Source: an uncultured Planctomycetota bacterium (GTDB taxonomy: Bacteria; Planctomycetota; PLA2; JAEUHO01). From it: DNA of 64,000 bases. The notes beneath the pieces were generated by a model. It worked only from the letters and a program-made list of their open reading frames with translations. It was not told the DNA's origin and searched no databases. Position 1 is the stretch's first letter. Each line of letters starts with the position of its first letter. Below, one piece after another: positions 9,254 to 22,057 of this stretch. The position numbers were made by a program, and so were the translations under genes. Where the stretch lies: contig CAVVXN010000005.1 of the NCBI GenBank assembly GCA_963752285.1, positions 1,376,001 to 1,440,000 of the forward strand, read 5' to 3'.

Positions 9254-10891
9254 TCAGAAGCCGGCGGCCTGCCCGTCGAGACGCGACTCGGAGGCGCCGG
9301 CGAGGACGTCCCGTTCGGGGTCGTACCCGACGGCCTGGTAGCCGCCGAAGCCGCCCCACTGCGTGCTCAGGCGGTGCCCGCGGCTCCGGAGGTCCTCGCG
9401 CGTCCCTGCGGTGAAACCCGACTCGAGCGCGAGCGTCCCGCCGCCCTGCATGCGGGCGCCGGTGGGAGACGACGAGCCCGAGTGGCACGCGCGCGGGGCG
9501 TCGCCCGCCTCCTGGAGGTCCATGCCGTAGACGAGGTGGTTCAGGAGCACCTGCACGAGCCCCTGGGGCTGCATGTCGCCCCCCATCACGCCGAGCGCCG
9601 CGAGGGGACGGCCGTCGCGGGTGAGGAAGGCCGGCACCAGCGTGTGGAAGGGGCGCTTCCCCGGCTCGTACACGTTCGGGTGCCCGTCCTCGAGCGCGAA
9701 CAGACAGCCTCGGTTCTGGAGACCGAACCCCAGCTCGGGGATCGACACCCCGGAGCCGAAGCCCATGTAGTTGCTCTGCATGAGCGAAACGAAGAGACGG
9801 CGCGAGTCCGCGACGGCGAGGCTCACCGTGTCCCCCTGGGCGAGGCGGGGATCGCCCGCCGACACCTCGGTCAGGGCGCGCGCCGCGCCGAGGAGCCCGC
9901 GGCGCTCGTCCGCGTACCTTCGCGAGAGGAGGTGGTCCACCGGCACCTCGACCCGGGCCGGGTCCGCGTAGTGGCGTGCCCGGTCCTCGTAGCTGATCTT
10001 CTTCGCCTCGACGACGTGGTGCAGGTGGTCCCCGGACCCGAAGCCCATCCCCTCGAGGTCGAACGGCTCGAGCAGGTTCAGCATCTGCAGCGCGGCGAGC
10101 CCGGCGCCGTTCGGAGGGGGAACGTGGACCTCGGCGCCGCGGAACCCCACGCGGATCGGCTCCACCCACTCCCCGCGGTGCGACGCGAGGTCCTCGACGT
10201 CGAGCAGCCCGCCCACGCGGCGACACGCGGCCTCGATCGCGGCCGCCGCGGCGCCCGCGTAGAACGCGTCGCGACCCTCGTCGGCCAGGCGCTCGAGCGT
10301 GCGCGCCAACGACTCGTTCCGGAACACGTCGCCCTTCGCGGGCGCGCGCCCGTGCGGAAGGAACGTCGCCCGAAACCCCACGGCGTCGCCGAGGACCCGG
10401 GCGCCGCGCTCCCAGGACGCCGCGATCGTCGCGGAGACCGGGAAGCCCTCGCGCGCGTGCTGGATCGCTGGCGCGAGCACGCGTGACATCGGCAGCCGGC
10501 CGTATCGTTCGTGGAGCAGGAACCAGGCGTCGACGCAGCCGGGCGTCGAGACGGAGAGCGGCCCGCGCTCGGGAATCCGCTCACCGAGGGACCTCAAGTG
10601 CTCGAGGCGGAGGCGCCGCGGCGACCGGCCGGCGCCGTTCAAGGCCACGAGGCGTCCGAGGTCGGGGTCCCACACGAGGGCGAAGAGGTCGCCCCCGAGC
10701 CCGCAACCCGTGGGCTCCACGACGGTCAGCGTGGCGTTGGCGGCGATCGCGGCGTCCACCGCCGACCCGCCCTGCCCGAGGATGCGCAGCGCGGCCTCGG
10801 TGGCGAGCGGCTGGCTCGTGGCGGCCATCGCGTTCTTGGCCCGGACCTCGCTCCGGGACGCGAAGACCCAGCCGACGAGCCGATCCCCCAT
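9254..10891 (-). CDS. ggt: Gamma-glutamyltransferase family protein
   Basis: GGSAVDAAIA, GLGGDLF, catalytic Thr in GDTVSL, GFGSG, KRPFHT, GVMGGDMQPQG. Confidence 0.92.
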   Translation of the reverse strand: MGDRLVGWVFASRSEVRAKNAMAATSQPLATEAALRILGQGGSAVDAAIAANATLTVVEPTGCGLGGDLFALVWDPDLGRLVALNGAGRSPRRLRLEHLRSLGERIPERGPLSVSTPGCVDAWFLLHERYGRLPMSRVLAPAIQHAREGFPVSATIAASWERGARVLGDAVGFRATFLPHGRAPAKGDVFRNESLARTLERLADEGRDAFYAGAAAAAIEAACRRVGGLLDVEDLASHRGEWVEPIRVGFRGAEVHVPPPNGAGLAALQMLNLLEPFDLEGMGFGSGDHLHHVVEAKKISYEDRARHYADPARVEVPVDHLLSRRYADERRGLLGAARALTEVSAGDPRLAQGDTVSLAVADSRRLFVSLMQSNYMGFGSGVSIPELGFGLQNRGCLFALEDGHPNVYEPGKRPFHTLVPAFLTRDGRPLAALGVMGGDMQPQGLVQVLLNHLVYGMDLQEAGDAPRACHSGSSSPTGARMQGGGTLALESGFTAGTREDLRSRGHRLSTQWGGFGGYQAVGYDPERDVLAGASESRLDGQAAGF

Positions 10892-11081
10892 GTCTCGTTC
10901 CCCCGCGGGAGCCGATGGCCCACCTACCCGAGCCGACCGGGGGACGAAGCGAGGGGGCGCTCCGCCCGCCGACGACATGCCGATGCTACCCCCAAGCGAG
11001 AACGGTGCCCCTCGGGGCACGTGGGGCTCGGCGTCGAGAATCGTCGACGCGAACTCGGACCGCGTTCGTCCTCGATCGCGC

Positions 11082-11825
11082 TCAAGCCGGCGTTCGAAAC
11101 ACCCAGATCGCGAAGCCCACGCAGTCCTTCCCCCAGCGGAGATAGGCGTGTCGGCTCGGCTCCGCCCGCCTCCGGACCGCGTCGACATCGGGGTGATCCG
11201 CGTGCTCGCGGAGGAAGTGGTCCATCGACGCCGCCTGCAGCATCTCGTAGCGGTCCCAGTCGGCCGACGTGGAGCGGCGCATCCACACGAGGGTGAGGCC
11301 GCGCGCGCGCGCGCCGTCCGCGTACCCCTCGAAGGACGGGAACTCGTCGCACCGGAGCCGCTCGGAGGCGAGGTACGGGGCCGGTGGCTCCCCGATCCAG
11401 AACGGCTCGCCCGTCACCACGAGCCCTCCGGGTCGCGCGTGCGCGCAAAGCGCGTCGAGCGTGCCCGCCCACCCGTCCCAGATCCACGAGGCGCCGATGC
11501 AGATCGCCACGTCGAAGGGGCGCGGCGCGACGTACGACTCGCCGCGCGCGAGCACGAGCTCGAGGTCGCGGTCGGGACAGCGCGCGTCCCGCGCGGACTC
11601 GGCCCGCCCCAGGGCGTAGGGCGAGACGTCGACGCCCACCCCGGCGACGTCGAAGCGCTCCACGAGGCGGAGGAGGAGCTCCGCGTGGCCGCACGCGATG
11701 TCGAGGACGCGCGCGCCGGCGCGGGGCGCGAGGACCGAGAGGAGCTCCTCGACCGCCTCGTCGGACACCGGGTTGCAGAACGCGTGGAGCCGGTGCACCA
11801 CGTCGTAGTAGAACCAGTCGTCCAT
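11082..11825 (-). CDS. Class I SAM-dependent methyltransferase
   Basis: VLDIACGHAE, GVDVS, FDVAICIGASWIW, PGGLVVTGEPFW. Confidence 0.88.
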   Translation of the reverse strand: MDDWFYYDVVHRLHAFCNPVSDEAVEELLSVLAPRAGARVLDIACGHAELLLRLVERFDVAGVGVDVSPYALGRAESARDARCPDRDLELVLARGESYVAPRPFDVAICIGASWIWDGWAGTLDALCAHARPGGLVVTGEPFWIGEPPAPYLASERLRCDEFPSFEGYADGARARGLTLVWMRRSTSADWDRYEMLQAASMDHFLREHADHPDVDAVRRRAEPSRHAYLRWGKDCVGFAIWVFRTPA

Positions 11826-11913
11826 CGCGCGCTCCTCGCACCGACCCGCGGCACGGATTCTCGCCAGCCCGGGAGGGCCGATTGGCGGCCCGTCGATGGG
11901 AAACGGAGGGTCC

Positions 11914-13056
11914 ATGTCCCGCCTCGCGCGCCGCATCGGCTTCGCCTGCCTCGCCGTCCTGCTCCTCGGCTCGGTCCTCCGCGCGGACGATGAGCCCGCT
12001 CCGACCGCCGCCCGCGCACCGCTCGGTCCCTCGTGGCGCGAGCTCGGCGTGTCCGCGTACGAGCGCGGCGACCACGACGAGGCGGTCTACCAGTGGCGGC
12101 GTTGGCTCGAGGCCGACCCGAGGGACGAGACGACCTGGTACGACCTCGCGTGCTCGTACGCGCTGCTCGGCAGGACGGAGCTCGCGATCGCCGCGTACGA
12201 GCGTGCGGTCGATGCGGGGTGGCACGACGCGGCGCACGCGAAGGAGGACCCGGACCTCGCGTCCCTCCAGTCCGACGCGCGCTTCCAGACGGCGCTCCGG
12301 CGGACGACCGAGTCCGCGGGGGCGGAGGGCCCGAAGGAGGCGGTCCGGCACTGGGTGCGCATCGTCACCTTGGGCACGTACCTCGCGCTGCTCCCTCCCG
12401 ACTACGAGAAGTCGGGTCGCGCGTACCCGCTGGTCGTGATCCTCCACGGCGCCGGCTCCTCGGAGACGGGACACGGCACGCTCGCGGACCGGCTCGGTCG
12501 GGAGGGCGTGATCTGGGTCGTCCCGCGCGCGCCGTACCCGACGTTCCAGACGGCCCGCGCGACGGGCCGGCCCGGCTGGATCTCGCGGCCCGAGGACGCG
12601 GACCCGGACGCGATCCGGCCCTTCGACCCGACCGCCATGTACGTGGACACGATCCTCGCGGCGGTCGCGGACGCCCGGAAACGCTACCGCGTGGAGGGCG
12701 AACGCTTCCACGTGCTCGGGCACAGCATGGGCGCGTACGGCGCGAACATCCTGGCGGCGCTCCACCCCGACCTCGTCGCGACGTACCTCGCGTACGCGGG
12801 GGGCCTGCCCGAGGAGGTCGGGACGAAGGAGCGCCTCCACGCGGAGGCCCAGAACCACGTCCGCGCCTGGCTCGTGCACGGGCGGAGCGACAAGACCGTC
12901 GATCCCGCCGGGTCCGAGGACGCCGCGCGGCGCCTCGAGGCGGCGGGCGTCGAGACGCACCTCACGATGCTCGACGACGTGGACCACCGCGTGCGGCCGC
13001 CCGCGCTGGAGGCGATGCGCCGGTGGCTCGACGAGGCCGTGCGGAATCCGAAGTGA
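11914..13056 (+). CDS. Secreted TPR plus alpha/beta-hydrolase (esterase/phospholipase-like)
   Basis: Signal peptide; TPR WYDLACSYALLG; YPLVVILHG, nucleophile GHSMG, HGRSD..V, C-terminal His. Confidence 0.82.
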   Translation: MSRLARRIGFACLAVLLLGSVLRADDEPAPTAARAPLGPSWRELGVSAYERGDHDEAVYQWRRWLEADPRDETTWYDLACSYALLGRTELAIAAYERAVDAGWHDAAHAKEDPDLASLQSDARFQTALRRTTESAGAEGPKEAVRHWVRIVTLGTYLALLPPDYEKSGRAYPLVVILHGAGSSETGHGTLADRLGREGVIWVVPRAPYPTFQTARATGRPGWISRPEDADPDAIRPFDPTAMYVDTILAAVADARKRYRVEGERFHVLGHSMGAYGANILAALHPDLVATYLAYAGGLPEEVGTKERLHAEAQNHVRAWLVHGRSDKTVDPAGSEDAARRLEAAGVETHLTMLDDVDHRVRPPALEAMRRWLDEAVRNPK

Positions 13057-13067
13057 GCGCGGGAGAC

Positions 13068-13517
13068 TCAGGCGGTCCGCGGACGCGCGCGCACGCGGGC
13101 GAGCCCGCGCCAGAGCGCGCTCGACCCCGCGAGGAGCGCCATCCCGACGGCCGCGTACACGAAACCGACGGTCGGCCGCGGGAGGAGCCCCCCCCGCAGG
13201 AGCCGCCCGGTGACCATCATGACCCCGACCAGCAACCACGACCGCCACGACAGGAACCCGCCGAGACACCGCCCGTCCCCGCGCTCGAGGATGCGCTCGA
13301 GGTTCTTCTGCGCGGTCCGACGGAGCACGAAGAGTCCCTTCGCGAGTCCGACCGCGAGCGCGCCCGCGAGGATCCACGCGGCGCCGGGCGCGGCGGCGCC
13401 GAGCGCCCACGTGACGCCCAGGACGCCGAGGAGCGTCCCCACCGCCGTCCAGAGGGACGCGGCGACGAGGACGTGCACCCAGACGGGCGCCGCGGGCTTC
13501 CATCGCGCGAGCGACAT
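13068..13517 (-). CDS. Hypothetical membrane protein (about 4 TM)
   Basis: Hydrophobic segments, W..VG..L and SW.LV..MM..G..LR pattern; fills a gap on the coding strand. Confidence 0.65.
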   Translation of the reverse strand: MSLARWKPAAPVWVHVLVAASLWTAVGTLLGVLGVTWALGAAAPGAAWILAGALAVGLAKGLFVLRRTAQKNLERILERGDGRCLGGFLSWRSWLLVGVMMVTGRLLRGGLLPRPTVGFVYAAVGMALLAGSSALWRGLARVRARPRTA

Positions 13518-13588
13518 GCCGACACGGTAGCCCGCTCGCCGGCCGGCGCCAGGGACGGGCCGGGCACGTGACGGGTCTCGGAGGATCG

Positions 13589-14266
13589 TCAGGCGGGCGC
13601 CCGCTCGTAGACGTGGACGTGGGCGTCGGCGGCCCCGGCGTGCGCCACGAGGAGCTGGGCGAGCGCCTCGCCGCGACGACGCACGTCCTCGCCGTCCCAC
13701 ACGACGCGCGTCGCGTAGAGGAAGGCCACGACGGCGGTGGTCCGCACGTCCACCTTCGTCTCCATCGCGTCCTTCACCGGGTTCGCGAAGAGCGCGCCGC
13801 CGGGGCGCGCCACGCCGAGGAGTCCCTCGACGTCGATCACGTGTCCCGCGGCGTTGAACACGTACGCCTCGCCCGGATGGCCCTCGCGCACCTCGAGCGC
13901 GTCGCCTCCGCCGAGCGCGCGCTCCCGATCGACGATCGAGACCGGGATCCCCGAGGCGAGCGAGACGAGGTTCGCGGCGTCCACCACGCCGTTCACGCGG
14001 GGGAAGACGTCCCCCATCGCGGCCCCGGCGAGGTACTCGCTCGCGGGCTTGGAGCGGCCGGTGGGCTTGAAGCCCCCGTGGCGGAGGAGGTCGCGGACCG
14101 CGCGTCGCCGACTCTCGCCCGGGGGTTCCTCCTTCGCGGCCCGCGCCGCCTCGAGGACCGCGCGGTCGAGGGCCGCGGGCGCGTCCTCCACGCGGACCCG
14201 GAAGGCCTCGACGAGGCCGAGCCGAAGGTCGGGGTTCGTCGTCAGGAGGCGGACGCCGAGGGACAC
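13589..14266 (-). CDS. Free-standing B3/B4 (PheRS-beta editing-like) domain protein
   Basis: GFKPTGRSKPASEYL, PRVNGVVDAANLVSL.SGIPVS..D. Confidence 0.8.
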   Translation of the reverse strand: MSLGVRLLTTNPDLRLGLVEAFRVRVEDAPAALDRAVLEAARAAKEEPPGESRRRAVRDLLRHGGFKPTGRSKPASEYLAGAAMGDVFPRVNGVVDAANLVSLASGIPVSIVDRERALGGGDALEVREGHPGEAYVFNAAGHVIDVEGLLGVARPGGALFANPVKDAMETKVDVRTTAVVAFLYATRVVWDGEDVRRRGEALAQLLVAHAGAADAHVHVYERAPA

Positions 14267-14303
14267 GGGTGGCCGCCGGGGTCCTCGACGCGCGGCGGCG
14301 GCG

Positions 14304-15563
14304 TCAGCGACCGCCCGCGTTGAGGCCGCCGCCGGCGCGGTTCCGGAGGCGCTCGAGGAGGCGCTTCTCGGCCTCGGTCAGCCGCCGGCCGGAGTCGCCG
14401 CGCCGCTCGAGCTCGTTCAGGCCCTCGCGCTCCGGGTTCGCCGTGATCTCGGTCGGCGGCTCGAGCGCTCGGCTGAAGAGGGCGTCCTCGAACGGGTCGT
14501 GCGGGAACACCACGAGGTGGAGCAGCCGCCCGTCGAGGCCCACCGCGCGGCCGCGCGTCCCGTCGCTCGTCCTGAGCAGCAGGGCCTCCCCGAGCTCGCC
14601 CTCGTCGAGGTCGTCGGACCGGTACCGCGCGAGCATCAGGCGCTCGAGGAGCCGCTGCGCCTGCTCCCCGACCGTCGCGAGCGTGGCGTCGGGGTCGTCC
14701 TGGCCGGGGATGGGGATACCGGCCTTCTTGGCACGCAGCTCGATGGCCGCGGCCGCGAACGCATGCCCCTTGAGCATCGGCTCGAACCAGGCGCGGAGCA
14801 GCGCGTTGTCGCCGAAGATGACGAGCGACTGGACGCGCCCGCGCACCGCGGAAACGCCCCCCACCACCTGCTGCTGGGGCTCCTTCGGCTCGGGGAAGGA
14901 AGCGAGCGTCCGCTGGCAGATCACGCAGTACTGCGCGAGGAGATCGGACTGGTTGATCGACACGAGCGACTTGCGCTCGTCCCCGGTGTTGCGGAACTCC
15001 AGGAAGTGCGTGACGAAGATCGGGACGAGGTTCGACGGCGCGCCGAAGAGCGCGTCCTCCTGGAGGTAGGGCGGCGCGAGGACGTTCGAGACCACGAACG
15101 GGGTGGGGAGCTTGCGGATGTCGTCGGTCGAGGCCGCCGGCAGGGTCCGGACCTCGATGGTCTGTCCGGGGGGGAGCACCACGTCGCGCGGGACGAGACG
15201 GTCGCGCTCGCCGCCCTCGACGACGGTGCCGCCGAGGAGCAGGGTGGGCTCGGCCTCCCCGTTCATCACCTCGAGGTCGTAGCGGTGCCGGGGGAACTCG
15301 GGCTCGCGGAAGGAGAGGTGCTTCGTGCGGGTGTCCGCCTTCACCGCGAGCGGTGCCGGCGCGGCGTTCGACACGAGCGGGAAGATCGTCACCTGGTTCG
15401 CCTGGATGCCGCCGCCGAGGTGGATCGACTGGAGCATGCGCTGGGCGAAGTTGAGCCCGTCGTCGGCCTTCGCGCCCCCGTCGCCCGCCCGCGCGGTCGT
15501 GACGCCCGGGGCGAGGAAGAGCAGAAGGGAGAGCAGGGCGAGGCGGGCCGGCGTGCGCGACAT
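14304..15563 (-). CDS. Secreted protein with a DUF6569/ARPP-1-like domain
   Basis: Signal peptide; NQVTIFPL...L.V.N....TLLLGG.VVEGGERDRLV..DVVLPP; later GGVSAVRGRV..L.IFG..LL. Confidence 0.55.
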   Translation of the reverse strand: MSRTPARLALLSLLLFLAPGVTTARAGDGGAKADDGLNFAQRMLQSIHLGGGIQANQVTIFPLVSNAAPAPLAVKADTRTKHLSFREPEFPRHRYDLEVMNGEAEPTLLLGGTVVEGGERDRLVPRDVVLPPGQTIEVRTLPAASTDDIRKLPTPFVVSNVLAPPYLQEDALFGAPSNLVPIFVTHFLEFRNTGDERKSLVSINQSDLLAQYCVICQRTLASFPEPKEPQQQVVGGVSAVRGRVQSLVIFGDNALLRAWFEPMLKGHAFAAAAIELRAKKAGIPIPGQDDPDATLATVGEQAQRLLERLMLARYRSDDLDEGELGEALLLRTSDGTRGRAVGLDGRLLHLVVFPHDPFEDALFSRALEPPTEITANPEREGLNELERRGDSGRRLTEAEKRLLERLRNRAGGGLNAGGR

Positions 15564-15660
15564 GGGACGTCCTCCGCTCGTCATGGTGGCACGCGGGGGA
15601 GGAGGGAGCAATCGAGCGGACCCCGCGGTCCGCCGCCCGCCGCGCCGTAGACTGAGCCCG

Positions 15661-16404
15661 ATGGCGGGAACGGACCACGTCGAGAGCGAGCCCGTCGGCC
15701 CCGTCGTCGCTCTGCTCTCGGGCGGCATGGATTCCGCGGTCGCCGCGGCCGTGGCCCTCGCCGAGGGCCACGTGCTCCACGCGCTCTCGGTGGACTACGG
15801 GCAACGACACGCGGCGGAGCTCGAAGCCGCGCGTCGCGTGGCCGAGCGTCTCGGAGCCGCGTCGCACCGCGTGGTCCGGGTGGACCTCGGCCGCTTCGGC
15901 GGGAGCGCGCTCACCTCCCCGGTGCCCGTCCCGAAGGACCGCGCCGAGGCCGAGATCGGGAACGGGATCCCGGTCACGTACGTCCCGGCCCGCAACACCG
16001 TCCTCCTCGCGCTCGCGCTCGCGGCCGCCGAGGCGAGCGACGCGACCGCGATCGTCGTGGGCGTGAATGCGGTGGACTACAGCGGCTACCCGGACTGCCG
16101 CCCGGACTACCTCGACGCGTTCCGCGAGGTGGCCCGCCTCGGAACCCGCCGGGGCGTCGAGGGACGCCCCGTCGAGATCCGCGCGCCGCTCCTCTCGTGG
16201 TCGAAGGCCGAGATCGTGCGACACGGCACCGAGCTCGGCGTGCCCTTCGCCGAGACGCTCTCGTGCTACGACCCGGTCGCCGGCGCCGAGGGACAGGAGG
16301 GCTGGCTCCACTGCGGCCGATGCGACGCGTGTCGGCTCCGGGCCCGGGGCTTCGCGGAGGCGGGCGTCCCCGACCCCACGGCGTACCAGGCGAGGCCCGC
16401 CTGA
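15661..16404 (+). CDS. queC: 7-cyano-7-deazaguanine synthase
   Basis: LLSGGMDS, YGQRH, GGSALT, TYVPARN, DYSGYPDCR, Zn motif SCY...HCGRCDAC. Confidence 0.95.
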   Translation: MAGTDHVESEPVGPVVALLSGGMDSAVAAAVALAEGHVLHALSVDYGQRHAAELEAARRVAERLGAASHRVVRVDLGRFGGSALTSPVPVPKDRAEAEIGNGIPVTYVPARNTVLLALALAAAEASDATAIVVGVNAVDYSGYPDCRPDYLDAFREVARLGTRRGVEGRPVEIRAPLLSWSKAEIVRHGTELGVPFAETLSCYDPVAGAEGQEGWLHCGRCDACRLRARGFAEAGVPDPTAYQARPA

Positions 16405-16474
16405 GCGGACGCGCGGCGGGCCGCGTGACCGGACGCCCCGCCGAGACGATGGTGGCGAGGCCGAGCGCGTGGAC

Positions 16475-16503
16475 TTGGCAGAGGTACCCCTCTGCCGTAT
16501 GGA
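16475..16503 (+). promoter_or_regulatory. Possible sigma70-like promoter with an embedded 8-bp inverted repeat
   Basis: TTGGCA-N17-TATGGA; GGCAGAGG-tacc-CCTCTGCC at 16477-16496. Confidence 0.35.
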
Positions 16504-16530
16504 TGCCTTCGGTCGGCGGAGACTTCGAAG

Positions 16531-17673
16531 ATGCGCGTGATCATGACGGGGCAGGTCGGCATCGACAAGAAGACCTACCTCGAGGAGGTGGCGCGCCGCG
16601 GCGCGGCCGCCGGTCGGCCGATCGACCTCTTCCACGTCGGCGACCGCATGTACGCGGAGGCGACCGACTTGAGACCGGGACGCATCCTCGACCTGCCCCT
16701 CAGCCGGCTCCACGCCCTCCGGCGCAGCGTGTTCAAGGACATCATGAGCGAGTCCGCCGGCCGCGAGAACGTGATCGTGAACACGCACGCGACGTTCCGC
16801 TGGCGCCACGGGCTCTTTCGCGCCTTCGACTTCGACCAGATCGAGCAGTTCGAGCCGGACCTCCTCATCTGTCTCGTGGACAACGCCGAGTGCGTGCACC
16901 AGCGCCTCGTGTCGGAGCACGCGCTCGACGCGACGCTCAAGGACACGATGGTCTGGCGCGAGGAGGAGATCATGGCGACCGAGCTCCTGGCCCGGGCCGT
17001 CGGCTGCGACCACGCCTTCTACGTCCTCTCGCGGGGTCGTCACCAGAGCACGTCCGAGACCTGCCTGAAGCTCGTCACGGAGCCGGACACGCCCCGGGTC
17101 TACCCCTCCTTCCCCATGAGCCACGTCGTGGACATGCCCGACGTGCTCGCCGAGATCGACGCGTTTCGCGAGATCCTCGGGCGCCACTTCATCTCCTTCG
17201 ACCCCGGGGACGTGGACGAGAAGCTCCTGCTCGAGCGGGCGCTCGCGGCCATGAAGGAGGGCCACGACTTCATCGAGGGGCGCCTCGTCGGCGAGGACGG
17301 GTCCGTCACGACGTTCCCGGTGTCGGTGAAGCAGACCCTCGACTGCGCGCGCGACATCGACGGGCAGATCTACGCGCGCGACTTCATGCTGATCGACCAG
17401 TCCGACATGATCTGCTCGTACATCCCGGAGCTCGAGGGCGGCATGCCGGGGCTCAGCAGCGGCGTCGAGCGCGAGCTCCACCACGCCTTCGAGCACGGCA
17501 AGGAGGTCTACGTCGTCTGGAAACCGGTGCGCAACCCGAGCCCGTTCGTGACCGAGACCGCGACCCGGGTGTTCCGCTCCGTCGAGGAGGCCCTCGAGGA
17601 GTTCGAGCGGCGGGGCTTCTTGACCCGGTCCCCCCCGGCGTCGCGCGTCGGCGCCGAGGACCGGCCCGCCTGA
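16531..17673 (+). CDS. Fusion of an archaeal-type adenylate-kinase-like P-loop domain and a nucleoside 2-deoxyribosyltransferase/NMP-hydrolase-like domain
   Basis: N-term VIMTGQVGIDKKT, VGDRM, VIVNTHAT, PDLLICL; C-term VYPSFPM, ARDFMLIDQSD, SSGVERELHHA...GKEVYVV. Confidence 0.7.
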   Translation: MRVIMTGQVGIDKKTYLEEVARRGAAAGRPIDLFHVGDRMYAEATDLRPGRILDLPLSRLHALRRSVFKDIMSESAGRENVIVNTHATFRWRHGLFRAFDFDQIEQFEPDLLICLVDNAECVHQRLVSEHALDATLKDTMVWREEEIMATELLARAVGCDHAFYVLSRGRHQSTSETCLKLVTEPDTPRVYPSFPMSHVVDMPDVLAEIDAFREILGRHFISFDPGDVDEKLLLERALAAMKEGHDFIEGRLVGEDGSVTTFPVSVKQTLDCARDIDGQIYARDFMLIDQSDMICSYIPELEGGMPGLSSGVERELHHAFEHGKEVYVVWKPVRNPSPFVTETATRVFRSVEEALEEFERRGFLTRSPPASRVGAEDRPA

Positions 17674-19443
<1,770 letters not shown>

Positions 19444-19458
19444 GGGCGGCCGCGCCTC

Positions 19459-21106
<1,648 letters not shown>

Positions 21107-21117
<11 letters not shown>

Positions 21118-22057
21118 GGCGTACCTCCAGCGCTTCCGCGGCGAGGCCCGCGGCGCCGATCATCCCGGCGAGGTCCTTCGCGGCCGACGGCACCACGCAG
21201 AGTCGTCCGCGCTGGACCGGCAGCACGTCCTCGTCGAGGCGCCGCCGGAGCGCGCCCGCGAACGCGTCGAACGAGAGCGAGAGCCCGCCGCCGACGACGA
21301 CGTCCGCCACGTCGAGGATCTTCGCGACGTGCGCGAGGGCCGTCCCGAGCGCCGTGCCGGCGCGTTCGAACGCGCGGCGCGCCGCCTCGTCGCCGCGCGA
21401 CGCGCGCAGGGACGCCTCCTCGGCGTCCACCTTCTCGCCCGTGTCCACCCGGTACGAGATCGAGACCCCGGTGGCCGACGCGTACTGCTCGAGGCAGCCG
21501 CGGTTGCCGCAGCCGCACGGCCGCCCCCCGCGCTCGACGATCAGGTGACCGACCTCCATCGCGACGCCGTGGGCGCCGCGCCACGGCCGGCGGCGGAGGA
21601 CCGCGCCCCCCCCGACGCCCGTGCCGAGCCCGACGTAGAGCAGGTCGTCGGGACGCTTCGGGTGGAGCTGCCACTCGCCCCAGGCGGCGGCGAGCGCGTC
21701 GTTCTCGACGACCACCGGGAGGCCCACCTCCGCGGCCAGCGGTTTGGCGAGGTCCACGTCCTCGAGCCCGGGCAGGTTGGGCGAGCGCGCGAGCTTGCCC
21801 GTCGCCGGGTCGATGAAGCCGGGCACCGCCACGCCGACCGCCCGTGCGTCGGGCGCGCGGGAGAGCGCCGCGCGGATCGCGGCGGCGAGCACCGACACGA
21901 CCAGGTCGCGCGGTCGCTGCGACGGACCGCCCTCGAGCGTTCCCGAGAGATCCACCTTCTCGCGGTGCTCGAACACGACGCGCGTGCCCGCGACCACGCC
22001 CGCGCGCACGAACGTGCCGCCGACGTCGAGCCCGAGGACCGGCGCGGCGTCGTTCAC
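21107..22057 (-). CDS. ROK family sugar kinase (glucokinase-like)
   Basis: GLDVGGT, ENDA, GLGTGVGG, EVGH...CGCGNRGCLE; overlaps the pgi start. Confidence 0.92.

Noticed and set aside
15564..15660. preQ1 riboswitch upstream of queC
   Set aside because: No AGAGGUUCUAG-like stem or A-rich 3' tail
15661..17673. QatABCD, type IV CBASS or Dpd-type defence island built around QueC
   Set aside because: QueC is canonical in length and motifs, and no TatD, cyclase, TGT/DpdA or KAP ATPase gene is nearby
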